Below, piece after piece: positions 28,070 through 37,294 of a stretch of DNA of 64,000 bases. Origin of the DNA: Eubacteriales bacterium. Its GTDB lineage: Bacteria > Bacillota > Clostridia > Oscillospirales > CAG-272. Made by a program: the position numbers and the translations under genes. The DNA lies in contig JAZNXN010000006.1 in NCBI GenBank assembly GCA_045593885.1, positions 5,283 to 69,282 of the forward strand, in the 5' to 3' direction. The stretch's first letter is position 1, and the number at the start of each line of letters is the position of its first letter. The notes beneath the pieces are model-generated. The model did not search any database and was not told where the DNA came from. It saw only the letters and a program-made list of their open reading frames with translations.

Positions 28070-28146
28070 GGTGGACCGTCAGGGACTCGAACCCCGGACC
28101 GACCGGTTATGAGCCGGTTGCTCTAACCAACTGAGCTAACGGTCCA
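28070..28146 (-). tRNA. tRNA with CAU anticodon (elongator Met, or Ile2 if lysidine-modified), CCA encoded
   Basis: The reverse complement GGACCGT-TA-GCTC-AGTTGGTTA-GAGC-A-ACCGG-CTCATAA-CCGGT-CGGTC-CGGGG-TTCGAGT-CCCTG-ACGGTCC-A-CCA folds as a canonical 77-nt cloverleaf. A G1:C72 pair excludes the initiator. Confidence 0.9.
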
Positions 28147-28357
28147 TACGCTTTTTGGCGCAAGCAATATTATACCAAGCAAATGTGAACAAATCAGCAT
28201 TTATTTATGTATAAATTATTAACATTTATTATTAATGATAACTTTTTTATCTTTTTATTTGCGTTGGCTTTCATTGACTTGATTTTACACTGTTTTTATG
28301 ATATACTTTACCTGTTATTACCCGATTTGCGCGAGGGATGAAATACGAGGTGAGAAA

Positions 28358-29770
28358 ATGGGAGAGCGAATACTCGGCATATTCAGGCGCGGGATGATGT
28401 CTCCCGTTGGGATTTTGCTGTCGGCGATTCCGTCGGTGGTGGCAATTTATGCAAATTCGCTGAGTGCATCTATGTGGTGTATGTTTGCCGACATACTGAT
28501 AATTACGATATGTCTGTTTTTCCACGACGATATTGACGCGTGCCTTATGCCCTTTCTCTGCATTATGGCGACGGGCACGACTATGCTCGGCGTATTCACC
28601 GATTTCTTCTCGACGATAAAGCCGTTTTTCCCGTTTGGCGTTGTGGTATTTATCGCTATCGTAACGCACTTCGTTATATACAGAAAGCCCTTTTCTCACG
28701 GTAGGTATCTTCGCCCTCTCATCTTTTCGGGCGCGGCTATACTGCTCGGCGGACTTGGCTCGCTATCCTTCTCAAATTATTTTAACCTCACGTCACTTTA
28801 CTACCTTTCGGGGCTGTCGGCTTTACCTATACTTCTCTACCTTATCTACAAAAACAGATATGAGGGCGAGAGCAGGTACGGTGACAGAAGCGAGAGGTTT
28901 ATGCTGTATATGACCTCTCTTGGCGTTATTTGCGCGCTGACCGTGTTTAAGGTGATGGCGGATATTTCGTCAAAAATAAGCATCTACGTATCAAAGGAAA
29001 TGCTACTTATCTCCGATTTTCCGTTTCGAAACACTATCTGCACGATAATTATAATGTGCATACCTACGGCAATATGCCTTGCAGGTATGAAAAAATACCC
29101 CCTTGTTTTAAGGGGTGTGCTGCTTGCTCTCGGAAATATATTCTTTCTCTCACTCGTTATATCGACCTCGCGCACCGCTATGCTGTTCGGCGCGGCTGTA
29201 CTGGCAATTTCCCTTATATGCTATGCCGTGGGGGCAGAGGTTGGCGCAAGAGAGAGGGGGGTATTCCTTCTTTTGCTCGCAACTGCATTTTCAATTTTGC
29301 TGGCGAGGTACGGAAATGCTATGCTGCCCGAAATTTTCGAGCGCATACAGAACGGTTTGTTTGATAAGAGCGAGAGCAGATATCAGATGCTCCTGCGCTC
29401 CTTTGCCGATTTCCGTTCAAATCCCGTGTTCGGTGCGGGAATGGTTTCCGACAGAAATGCGGACGTATATGCCGCCGACGGATGTATCTCGTGGTACCAT
29501 ATGTATTTTCCGCAGATTTGGGGAGCTATGGGAGCCGTCGGTTGCCTTGGCTTTGGATATCTGCTTCTGTCGCGTTTGTCGCTTGCGTTTACGAGGTGGA
29601 ACGGAAAAACCATGGGGTTGTCGCTCTCATACCTTGCTCTCCTTTTATTCTCGCAGACGGACACGGGAGAGTTTAACCCGATACCGTTTGCTATGCTGTC
29701 GGTTATAATATTCGTTCTTATCGAAAACGAGGGAGCGGAAAGAGAGCTTCGCTTACCGAAAATAAAATAA
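28358..29770 (+). CDS. O-antigen ligase/polymerase (Wzy_C) family polytopic membrane protein
   Basis: More than 10 predicted TM helices, a periplasmic-type loop with SRTAMLFGAAV, and the H-x(10)-G-type motif WYHMYFPQIWGAMGAVG. ATG 28358 follows GAGGTGA. Confidence 0.65.
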   Translation: MGERILGIFRRGMMSPVGILLSAIPSVVAIYANSLSASMWCMFADILIITICLFFHDDIDACLMPFLCIMATGTTMLGVFTDFFSTIKPFFPFGVVVFIAIVTHFVIYRKPFSHGRYLRPLIFSGAAILLGGLGSLSFSNYFNLTSLYYLSGLSALPILLYLIYKNRYEGESRYGDRSERFMLYMTSLGVICALTVFKVMADISSKISIYVSKEMLLISDFPFRNTICTIIIMCIPTAICLAGMKKYPLVLRGVLLALGNIFFLSLVISTSRTAMLFGAAVLAISLICYAVGAEVGARERGVFLLLLATAFSILLARYGNAMLPEIFERIQNGLFDKSESRYQMLLRSFADFRSNPVFGAGMVSDRNADVYAADGCISWYHMYFPQIWGAMGAVGCLGFGYLLLSRLSLAFTRWNGKTMGLSLSYLALLLFSQTDTGEFNPIPFAMLSVIIFVLIENEGAERELRLPKIK

Positions 29771-30081
29771 GGGGCTGAGTAATTAAGAATTCAGCAATCC
29801 TACGTTTTTTTGCTTAATTCATCTGATTTTACTAAATTCTTAGTGCGAAGTGTCTTTCGGGGCTTGCTTGATTTTGAGCAGAAACCGCCGTTTTCGCGCT
29901 CGTCGCCGTACTCGGTACAAGAGAGAGTGAAAAGACGGTAGCAAACAAAAGGCTGTAATAAACCAAAAATCCCAGATTTTTCCTTATTGTCAACGGGATA
30001 TAGTTTTTAGTAAAATTAAAAGTGAGGAGCTTTTTGTCCCTCACTTTTTTGTTTGCGGTTATGCCGAAATGAAGCAGCCTC
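29771..30081 (+). repeat. MITE-like repeat, copy C (longest form, about 310 bp)
   Basis: Its ends are GGGGCTGAGTAATTAAG... and ...CGAAATGAAGCAGCCTC; these are imperfect terminal inverted repeats (11 of 17 positions by my alignment). It carries the hairpin AAAAGTGAGGAGC-ttttt-GTCCCTCACTTTTTT. Confidence 0.8.
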
Positions 30082-30084
30082 TTC

Positions 30085-31587
30085 TTATCCTCTTATTCTC
30101 AAAATAGCCGTGGGGATAGCGGCGACTGTGTCGGATGCAGTCATTGATATATCGCCAACCGATTTTTCCGCTATTTCGCCCGCGACACCGTTAAGGTATG
30201 CGCCTGCCGCAGTTGCGAGCAGAGGTGATACGCCGAGCGAGTCGGCGCGGGCGAGAAGCGCCGTCAATATGCCCGACAAAACGTCGCCGCTGCCTACGGT
30301 TGCCATTCCCGCGCAGCCCCTGTCGGTTATCATAACCGTTTCACCGTCGGTGATTACTGTGGATGCCCCCTTCAAAAGAAGGATAACACCGTACTTGCGT
30401 GCAAATTCCACTGCCGTTTCTATCGGAGCACTTTGTATTTCCTCTCGCGTTTTACCGCACAGGCGTGAAAGCTCGAGGGGGTGAGGGGTAAGCACTACCC
30501 TGCACGCAGCACCCTTCAGTATATTCACACCGTATTCGGCGAGGGAGTTGAGCGCGTCGGCGTCTAAAATCAAGGTTTTTTTATAACTTTTGAGGATGTA
30601 TTCAACCGTGTCGTATACCGCCCTCGATTTTCCTATACCCATTCCCATAGCAACGCAGGCGGCGCCCGATATTGCACCGTCAATATCCGTGGGGTTATAT
30701 AGTATATTTCCTCTGCCGTCGTCGGTCATAGGAAAATAGGTGCTCTCCAAAAGATAGGGTGTAAGCGAGGGTGCAATGCTCACAGGCGCAGCAAGTCGGG
30801 ACACACCTGCGCCCGAGCGCAAGGCAGACATTGAGAGGTTTGACAGCTTTATTGCGCCGCCGTAGCAGAGCGAGCCGCCGATAAGTGTTACGTAACCGAA
30901 GCTGCCCTTATGCGAAAAGCGGCTCCGTTTTTCAAAAAGCGGCTTTACATCGGTATCCTCTATAAGCAGATACGGTGGCTCCGTCGGGGCGATTCCTATA
31001 TCGCAGTTTGAAAGCGAGCGGATAAAATCCTTCGCCATTCCGAGAAAATGTCCGCTCTTGTACGAGCCGATTGAAACGGTGAGGTCGGATACCACCGCGC
31101 ACTCGGAAAGTCCGCTGTCGCTGTCAAGGCCGCTGTTTATATCCGCTGAAATTACATACGCGCCGGAAGCGTTTATCGCTGAAATTGCCTCCCTTGCAAT
31201 CCCGCTCGGCACACCGTGAAAGCCTGTGCCGAAAATGCAGTCGACTATAATATCAGACTTGGGAATATCCTTCTTTTTATCAAAAAAGGAATACGGAATA
31301 TTTTTTTGCTTGCACCTTTCAAAATAATATTTTCCGTCATTTGAAAATTTATCATAAAGAAGAATAATATTGGGAAGAATACCGCCGTCGGCAAGCAACA
31401 GCGCGAGCGCGTATCCGTCACCTGCGTTATTTCCCGAGCCGCACACGATTGATACTCTGCCGAAGTAACGCGCGCTTTCGTATATACCCCTCGCAGCGCG
31501 CAGCATCAGCTCCTTTCCCGATATGCCGCTATCTATTGTCGCTTCATCGCTTTTTCTCATCACAGATGAAGAAAGAACAGGCTTCAT
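30085..31587 (-). CDS. nnr: bifunctional NAD(P)H-hydrate repair enzyme (epimerase + ADP-dependent dehydratase)
   Basis: YjeF-N (GSGNNAGDGYALA) plus carbohydrate-kinase-like C-domain (GSGDVLSG). Start moved to ATG 31587 (MKPVLSS..., GGGGGTG RBS). Confidence 0.9.
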   Translation of the reverse strand: MKPVLSSSVMRKSDEATIDSGISGKELMLRAARGIYESARYFGRVSIVCGSGNNAGDGYALALLLADGGILPNIILLYDKFSNDGKYYFERCKQKNIPYSFFDKKKDIPKSDIIVDCIFGTGFHGVPSGIAREAISAINASGAYVISADINSGLDSDSGLSECAVVSDLTVSIGSYKSGHFLGMAKDFIRSLSNCDIGIAPTEPPYLLIEDTDVKPLFEKRSRFSHKGSFGYVTLIGGSLCYGGAIKLSNLSMSALRSGAGVSRLAAPVSIAPSLTPYLLESTYFPMTDDGRGNILYNPTDIDGAISGAACVAMGMGIGKSRAVYDTVEYILKSYKKTLILDADALNSLAEYGVNILKGAACRVVLTPHPLELSRLCGKTREEIQSAPIETAVEFARKYGVILLLKGASTVITDGETVMITDRGCAGMATVGSGDVLSGILTALLARADSLGVSPLLATAAGAYLNGVAGEIAEKSVGDISMTASDTVAAIPTAILRIRG

Positions 31588-31706
31588 TTCGCACCCCCTT
31601 CTTAGTTTTCCTGAATATATTTTACCACCTCGCGCAAAATAATGCAATAAAAATTTTTGTGATGAAAATTTTGTCGCAAAAGGCAAAAATTTAGTTAAAG
31701 AACCTA

Positions 31707-31735
31707 TTGACATTCGACGCGGTGTATGCTATAAT
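31707..31735 (+). promoter_or_regulatory. perfect-consensus promoter TTGACA-17-TATAAT (with TGc extended -10) for the pfl leader
   Basis: TTGACA 31707-31712, TATAAT 31730-31735. Confidence 0.65.
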
Positions 31736-31740
31736 AAAGA

Positions 31741-31848
31741 CGTTATATGACTGACGGATTTTCGTGGGCTCAACCATACGGGAGTATAACGCTTTTTTGT
31801 AAATTACGCCGACCGTCTGGGCTGAAGCCTTAGACTGGTTGGCTTTTT
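31741..31848 (+). promoter_or_regulatory. ZTP riboswitch (pfl motif) with overlapping intrinsic terminator
   Basis: P1 CGUUAUA (31741-47) / UAUAACG (31785-91). J1/2 UGACUGACGGA. P2 GUGG...CCAU. ACGGGAG. Linker, then 3' subdomain CCGUCUGGGC (31813-22). Terminator GCCGACCGUCU...AGACUGGUUGGC-UUUUU (31808-31848). It lies directly upstream of pflB. Confidence 0.8.
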
Positions 31849-31897
31849 ATATTTGTTAAAAAATAAACTATCATATAAATTGAAACGGAGAAATGTT

Positions 31898-34126
31898 ATG
31901 AGAGAAGAATGGAAGGATTTCGTGCCCGGCTCGTGGCAAACCGAAATTAACGTAAGAAGCTTCATTCACCACAACTACACCCCCTACTATGGCGGTGATG
32001 AATTTCTCGAGGGTCCTACCAAGGACACGCTTGACCTATGGGAAAGGGTTAGTGAGCTGAAAAAGCAGGAAATAGATGCGGGCGGAGTGCTCGATATGGA
32101 TACAAGAGTAGTATCCACGATAACCTCGCACGGCCCCGGATATATAGATAAGGATAAGGAAAAAATTATAGGTCTTCAGACCGATATGCCCTTGAAGCGC
32201 TCGCTTCAGCCCTATGGCGGTATCCGAATGGCGATGAAGGCGTGCAAGGACAACGGCTATGCGGTTGACCCCGAGATAGTTGAGTTCTTCACCGAGCACA
32301 GAAAGACGCACAACGCAGGCGTTTTCGATGCGTACACACCCGAAATGAGAAAGTGCCGTTCCAACCACATAATTACCGGTCTGCCCGATGCGTACGGACG
32401 CGGAAGAATTATCGGCGATTACCGCCGTGTTGCCCTGTACGGTGTTGACAGGCTTATTGAGGATAAGCAGAGGCAGAAGGAGGCTACTCAGGGCTCTATG
32501 ACCGCGGATATAATCCGTGACCGAGAGGAGCTGTCCGAGCAGATTCGCGCCCTCGAAATGCTGAAAAAGCTGGCAGAAATCTACGGATGCGATATTTCAA
32601 GGCCCGCAACGACACTGAAGGAAGCAACTCAGGCGCTCTACTTTGCATACCTTGCGGCAGTTAAGGAGCAAAACGGCGCGGCAATGAGCCTTGGAAGAAC
32701 CTCAACGTTTCTTGATATTTACGCCGAGCGCGATCTGAAAAACGGCACAATAACCGAGAGTGAGGCTCAGGAAATCGTTGACCATTTTGTTATGAAGCTG
32801 CGTATGGTTTGCTTTGCAAGGACACCCGATTACAACGCAATATTTGCAGGCGACCCCACGTGGGTTACCGAGTCTATCGGCGGTCTTGGCACTGACGGAC
32901 GTCCTCTGGTTACGAAGATGTCGTTCCGTTACCTCAATACCCTTAACAATATCGGTGCGGCTCCGGAGCCTAACCTGACTGTTCTTTGGTCGGAGCATCT
33001 ACCTGAGGAATTTAAGAGATACTGCGCGAAGATTTCGATAAAGCATCATGCGCTCCAGTATGAAAACGACGACCTCATGCGTCCGATGCACGGTGACGAT
33101 TATGCTATCGCGTGCTGCGTATCCTCGATGAAGCTCGGCAAGGAAATGCAATTCTTCGGCGCACGTGCAAATCTGGCTAAATGTCTGCTCTACGCAATCA
33201 ACGGCGGTGTTGACGAAATCAGCGGTGAGCAGGTCGGCCCCGAATACCGCCCTGTTGAGGGAGATATTCTCGACTATGATGACGTAATGGCAAAATATAA
33301 GGATATGATGAAGTGGCTGGCTGAGGTCTACGTCAACACGCTCAACATTATCCACTATATGCACGATAAATATTCCTACGAAAGACTCCAGATGGCCCTG
33401 CACGACAAGCACGTAAGACGTTGGTTTGCTACGGGCATTGCAGGATTTTCGGTGGTTGCAGACTCGCTCTCCGCCATCAAGTATGCCAAGGTTAAGGCTA
33501 TAAGGAATGAAAAGGGCATCGTCACCGATTTCATCACCGAGGGCGATTTCCCGAAATACGGAAACGACGACGACAGAGTTGATAGCATCGCAAAAGAGGT
33601 GCTCTCTATGTTCATTCACTGCCTGCGTCAGAATCAGACCTACCGCAACGGCATAATCACAACCTCTATTCTCACGATAACCTCAAACGTTACCTACGGA
33701 AAGAATACAGGCTCTACCCCCGACGGCAGAAAGGCCGGCGAGGCGTTTGCGCCCGGTGCTAACCCCATGCACGGAAGGGACAGCAGCGGTGCGGTTGCAT
33801 CTCTTGCCTCGGTTGCGAAGATTCCGTTCATTGATTCGCAGGACGGTATATCCAACACGTTCACGATTATCCCCTCTGCGCTCGGAAAGACGGACGAGGA
33901 GAGAGAGGCAAACCTCGTTGCTCTGCTCGACGGCTACGGACGCAAGGGCGGCTTCCACCTCAACGTAAACGTATTTGACAGAGAGCTTCTGCTCGACGCG
34001 CAGAAGCACCCCGAGCTGTATCCTCAGCTCACGATTCGTGTATCGGGCTATGCGGTTAATTTCATCAAGCTGACAAAGCAACAGCAGGATGAGGTTATAT
34101 CGAGAACCTTCCACTCGGAAATATAA
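31898..34126 (+). CDS. pflB: formate C-acetyltransferase (pyruvate formate-lyase)
   Basis: 742 aa from ATG 31898. Catalytic CC (IACCVS) and C-terminal glycyl-radical motif RVSGYAV. Confidence 0.95.
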   Translation: MREEWKDFVPGSWQTEINVRSFIHHNYTPYYGGDEFLEGPTKDTLDLWERVSELKKQEIDAGGVLDMDTRVVSTITSHGPGYIDKDKEKIIGLQTDMPLKRSLQPYGGIRMAMKACKDNGYAVDPEIVEFFTEHRKTHNAGVFDAYTPEMRKCRSNHIITGLPDAYGRGRIIGDYRRVALYGVDRLIEDKQRQKEATQGSMTADIIRDREELSEQIRALEMLKKLAEIYGCDISRPATTLKEATQALYFAYLAAVKEQNGAAMSLGRTSTFLDIYAERDLKNGTITESEAQEIVDHFVMKLRMVCFARTPDYNAIFAGDPTWVTESIGGLGTDGRPLVTKMSFRYLNTLNNIGAAPEPNLTVLWSEHLPEEFKRYCAKISIKHHALQYENDDLMRPMHGDDYAIACCVSSMKLGKEMQFFGARANLAKCLLYAINGGVDEISGEQVGPEYRPVEGDILDYDDVMAKYKDMMKWLAEVYVNTLNIIHYMHDKYSYERLQMALHDKHVRRWFATGIAGFSVVADSLSAIKYAKVKAIRNEKGIVTDFITEGDFPKYGNDDDRVDSIAKEVLSMFIHCLRQNQTYRNGIITTSILTITSNVTYGKNTGSTPDGRKAGEAFAPGANPMHGRDSSGAVASLASVAKIPFIDSQDGISNTFTIIPSALGKTDEEREANLVALLDGYGRKGGFHLNVNVFDRELLLDAQKHPELYPQLTIRVSGYAVNFIKLTKQQQDEVISRTFHSEI

Positions 34127-34848
34127 TGACAGGATATATTCACTCGATTGAGAGCTTCGGCACCGTTGACGGTCCGGGCGTGCGCTTCGTGGTGTTTTTT
34201 CAGGGGTGTCCTATGCGATGCCTCTACTGCCACAATCCCGACAGCTGGGCTTTGCGCGCGGGGAACAAGATGAGTGCCGAGGAGATTCTCGGTAAAATGC
34301 TTCGCAACATCGAGTTTTACAAAACGGGCGGAATCACCGCGACGGGCGGCGAGCCTATGCTCCAGCTCGATTTTCTCACTGAGCTCTTTGAGCTTGCCAA
34401 GGAAAAGGGGATTCACACCTGCCTTGACACCTCGGGCATAGTTTTTTCCGAGAGCATAAGGGATAGGGTTGACCGTTTGCTCGCAGTTACCGATTTGGTT
34501 ATGCTGGATATAAAGCATATTGATAAGGCGGTGCACGAGAGGCTGACGGGGCACTCAAACGAGGCCGTGCTGAAATTTGCACGTTACCTTCGTGACAAGG
34601 GCGTGAAGATGCGTGTGCGACAGGTGCTTTTGCCGGGATATACCGACACGGACGAGCAGCTTCTCTCGCTGGGCAGATTCCTTTCAGATTTTGACAATAT
34701 TGAGAAAATCGAGGTCTTGCCCTATCACACGCTCGGGCGCGCGAAATATGAAAATCTCGGCATCGAGTACCCTCTCGGCGATATGCCGCAAATGACGGAT
34801 AAGGATGCGAAAAGAGCGCTTTCTGTTATAGAGCGCGCAATTAAATAG
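34126..34848 (+). CDS. pflA: pyruvate formate-lyase activating enzyme (radical SAM)
   Basis: GCPMRCLYCHNPD CxxxCxxC cluster; TAATG overlap with pflB. Confidence 0.95.
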   Translation: MTGYIHSIESFGTVDGPGVRFVVFFQGCPMRCLYCHNPDSWALRAGNKMSAEEILGKMLRNIEFYKTGGITATGGEPMLQLDFLTELFELAKEKGIHTCLDTSGIVFSESIRDRVDRLLAVTDLVMLDIKHIDKAVHERLTGHSNEAVLKFARYLRDKGVKMRVRQVLLPGYTDTDEQLLSLGRFLSDFDNIEKIEVLPYHTLGRAKYENLGIEYPLGDMPQMTDKDAKRALSVIERAIK

Positions 34849-34878
34849 AAAAAGCGTTGCGTGGCAACGCTTTTTTTA
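34849..34878 (+). terminator. intrinsic terminator after pflA
   Basis: AGCGTTGC-gtg-GCAACGCT-TTTTTT. Confidence 0.8.
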
Positions 34879-34898
34879 CACACAGAAGGGTATAAATG

Positions 34899-34929
34899 AA
34901 AAGTCCAACCGTGAGGTTGGGCTTTTTTG
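34899..34929. terminator. second hairpin between convergent pflA and lemA (likely lemA operon terminator)
   Basis: AGTCCAACC-gtga-GGTTGGGCT with an A-run upstream and a T-run downstream. Confidence 0.5.
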
Positions 34930-34939
34930 TTATGTCGGC

Positions 34940-35602
34940 TCAGAAGAATACGCCGCGAGCCTGCTCCTTGATTTCCTTGGTCGTTGCGAAGGGGATGCGG
35001 GTTGTGTATCCGCACTTAGCTGCTACCTGCTGCTTTACAGGCCACATAAATATTTCTCTGTTCCAGGTGTTTACGGTATCGTTGTAAACCTCGCGTGCCG
35101 CGGTTATCTCTCTTTGCAGGTAGCTGTTCTGCTGCATTGCGTCGGCAATTTCGTTATGAGCCTTCAGGTCAGGGTAGCTCTCAAATGCGAGATTTATAGA
35201 ACGGCTGGCACCGTCAATACTGCCCGAAAGCGCATTTCTCGTTTCGTCGTCGAGCGTACCGCTGCGGTACTTTGCTATATTCTCAAAGGTGCTCTTGTCA
35301 AGCTCGATTGCCTTATCAAGCAATTTAGCGCAGTTCTGAAGAATCATTACTCTCTGCTCAAGATAGTTATCTATCTGCGAGGCATCGTGCTGAAGCTTCT
35401 GCTCTAACTGCTTGAAATAGCTTTTCGCCTTTATCTTACAGATAAGATAGATAACTCCCGGGATTATGAAAAGACACCAGAGTACAATTTCAAGTATTAC
35501 GGCGCTCATAGGTCTCTCAACGGGAAGTCGCTTTGCGATTACGTTTACGTCTCTGCCACCCTCTACAACAGGGTCATTCATTTCGTCTAATGCGTTTGCC
35601 AT
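34940..35602 (-). CDS. lemA: LemA family protein
   Basis: N-terminal TM helix, then a LemA-type helical domain (...YLEQRVMILQNCAKLL...AFESYPDLKA...REITAAREVYNDTV..WN). AGGAGG RBS. Confidence 0.85.
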   Translation of the reverse strand: MANALDEMNDPVVEGGRDVNVIAKRLPVERPMSAVILEIVLWCLFIIPGVIYLICKIKAKSYFKQLEQKLQHDASQIDNYLEQRVMILQNCAKLLDKAIELDKSTFENIAKYRSGTLDDETRNALSGSIDGASRSINLAFESYPDLKAHNEIADAMQQNSYLQREITAAREVYNDTVNTWNREIFMWPVKQQVAAKCGYTTRIPFATTKEIKEQARGVFF

Positions 35603-35623
35603 TTCTATATCCTCCTTAATTTT

Positions 35624-37270
35624 TTAATCAATGTATGCAAACAGTCCGTGCTTCGACACGCTCGCCCCGGTGCTTGCGGGCATGTTACCTCTTTCAGTCG
35701 CTCTTATGTTGAGGCGTGTGCGGCGTTCTGTCGGTATATACTCTGTCCAATGCACAGGAACCGAATGAAGCCTTCCGTCCCCTCCCCATACGGGAACAAA
35801 ATCAACGCGGCTCTCCGCCATAAAGGAATACGCGGTTATTTCAACGGTGTCGGTACCGTCATGCTTTGCCAGAACCTCGGATTTCAGAATAGAATCGGTT
35901 GCAGAGTGTCCGTTTGCAAAATAATGCGAGGGGAAGGTGTTTGCGAGAACCTCGCTCTCCCTTGTCGTATAGTTCTGGGGGTAGCTGTCCTTGTATATAT
36001 ACTCCTTTGGCTTGTGCTGCTGATACAGAGGTATTGAAATCAGGGGTGCCAAATCAAAGTAGATGCACTGAAAATCGTTTGCTGTGTACTGTAAAAACAG
36101 ACGGCGGCACTCGTCGATATCGTAAGAGAAATATCTCTTGGGGTCAAACTCATAATCGCGCGCCTGAGAATGCTCGGACATTATGTAGTTAAGACACCCT
36201 CTCTTGATAAATGTAAAGTCGTCGCCGTAGGGCGTGCCGCCCGTTATAATGTCAACAAGGTTTTTCTGCGCCAAGGGTGTGAACAAAAGGCGGAACTCGA
36301 CCTCGTTATCTCTGTCGGTAGCGCCGAAAAGAACGTCAAAGTCGGCATTTCCCATCTCGGTGAAGCCTGTGGACAGAGAGCGCGCTGCCTTCTTACGCAG
36401 CCTTTTTGCACCGCGACTTACGTAACGCTCAAGCTCCCTTTCGTTCATTTTCTCCGCATCGGTAGCGGTGCGCGAGAAATTAAGGTTAGGGGCGGCGTCG
36501 TTTCCGTAAATCAATCTTATATGCGTCGAATAGATAGGCTTTGGCTTTTCAAGGGTAGCGGTCAGAACCTGAGTTCTGCGCCGTGTAATACGCCTGCCCT
36601 TCGAATCAACGTCAACCTCAACCCAGCTGATAGTCAGATTTCCTACGTACGTATGAGTGCCTATACGCACCTGCTTGTACCTCTCAAGGACAAAGGGGTT
36701 ACCCATTATCTGCCCCGATATTATACCGAGGGTTGAGGCATCGCTTCCGTGGCTGTCCTCAAAGCCGTATTTGCCGCTTAAATAATCAAAGCGGCGCATA
36801 TCGTAATATTTATCCATATCAAGAAGCGGCACCGTCTGCTCGATAAGGCGCGGCGGCATAGCTTCGTCAAAGAGGGAAAGAAGGGGTGAGAGCTGAGCCC
36901 TCGCGCGTGATAGCAGCTCCGCCTCCTCGCGATTGAGCCTTTCACTCATGCTTTTCATTTCCCTGATTTTCGGGTTAAGCTTTTTTACTGTATAGATGAT
37001 AATTAAAACCGTCGGAATGATGAGAACGGAGAGAAGAACCGAGAGAATTATAAGCAGCACCCTCTTGGTTTTCTCCCTCGACAGCCTTTTGTCGTGGCCA
37101 GAGGATTCCAGCGATTTTTTCCTGTAGTCTGCCGCAGTTTCGCGATTCTGTTCAACATTGACACCCGAGGCTTTGACGAGGTCATCAAACATTTTCTCGG
37201 CGTTTTCGACAAACTTCGCCTTATATTCGTTGTCGTATGCGTTTGCCGGCTCGAATATCATTTCATCCAT
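35624..37270 (-). CDS. uncharacterised 548-aa single-pass membrane protein
   Basis: AGGAG RBS. A charged 75-aa N-terminus, one strong TM (VLLIILSVLLSVLIIPTVLIIIYTV), and a roughly 440-aa C-terminal region with no motif I recognise. Stops 21 nt before lemA. Confidence 0.7.
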   Translation of the reverse strand: MDEMIFEPANAYDNEYKAKFVENAEKMFDDLVKASGVNVEQNRETAADYRKKSLESSGHDKRLSREKTKRVLLIILSVLLSVLIIPTVLIIIYTVKKLNPKIREMKSMSERLNREEAELLSRARAQLSPLLSLFDEAMPPRLIEQTVPLLDMDKYYDMRRFDYLSGKYGFEDSHGSDASTLGIISGQIMGNPFVLERYKQVRIGTHTYVGNLTISWVEVDVDSKGRRITRRRTQVLTATLEKPKPIYSTHIRLIYGNDAAPNLNFSRTATDAEKMNERELERYVSRGAKRLRKKAARSLSTGFTEMGNADFDVLFGATDRDNEVEFRLLFTPLAQKNLVDIITGGTPYGDDFTFIKRGCLNYIMSEHSQARDYEFDPKRYFSYDIDECRRLFLQYTANDFQCIYFDLAPLISIPLYQQHKPKEYIYKDSYPQNYTTRESEVLANTFPSHYFANGHSATDSILKSEVLAKHDGTDTVEITAYSFMAESRVDFVPVWGGDGRLHSVPVHWTEYIPTERRTRLNIRATERGNMPASTGASVSKHGLFAYID

Positions 37271-37294
37271 AAAAATCTCCTTCGCTCCGTCAAA

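Noticed and set aside
29832-30044. A 70-aa minus-strand ORF inside repeat copy C. ORF 25035..25265 similarly runs into copy B.
   Set aside because: It is not conserved as an ORF among the repeat copies, has no RBS, and runs through the terminator hairpin.
31785-31798. The P1 3' strand plus a U6 run (UAUAACG-CUUUUUU) as a separate first terminator in the pfl leader.
   Set aside because: It is better explained as P1 of the ZTP aptamer followed by the U-rich inter-domain linker. The functional terminator is the downstream hairpin at 31808..31848.
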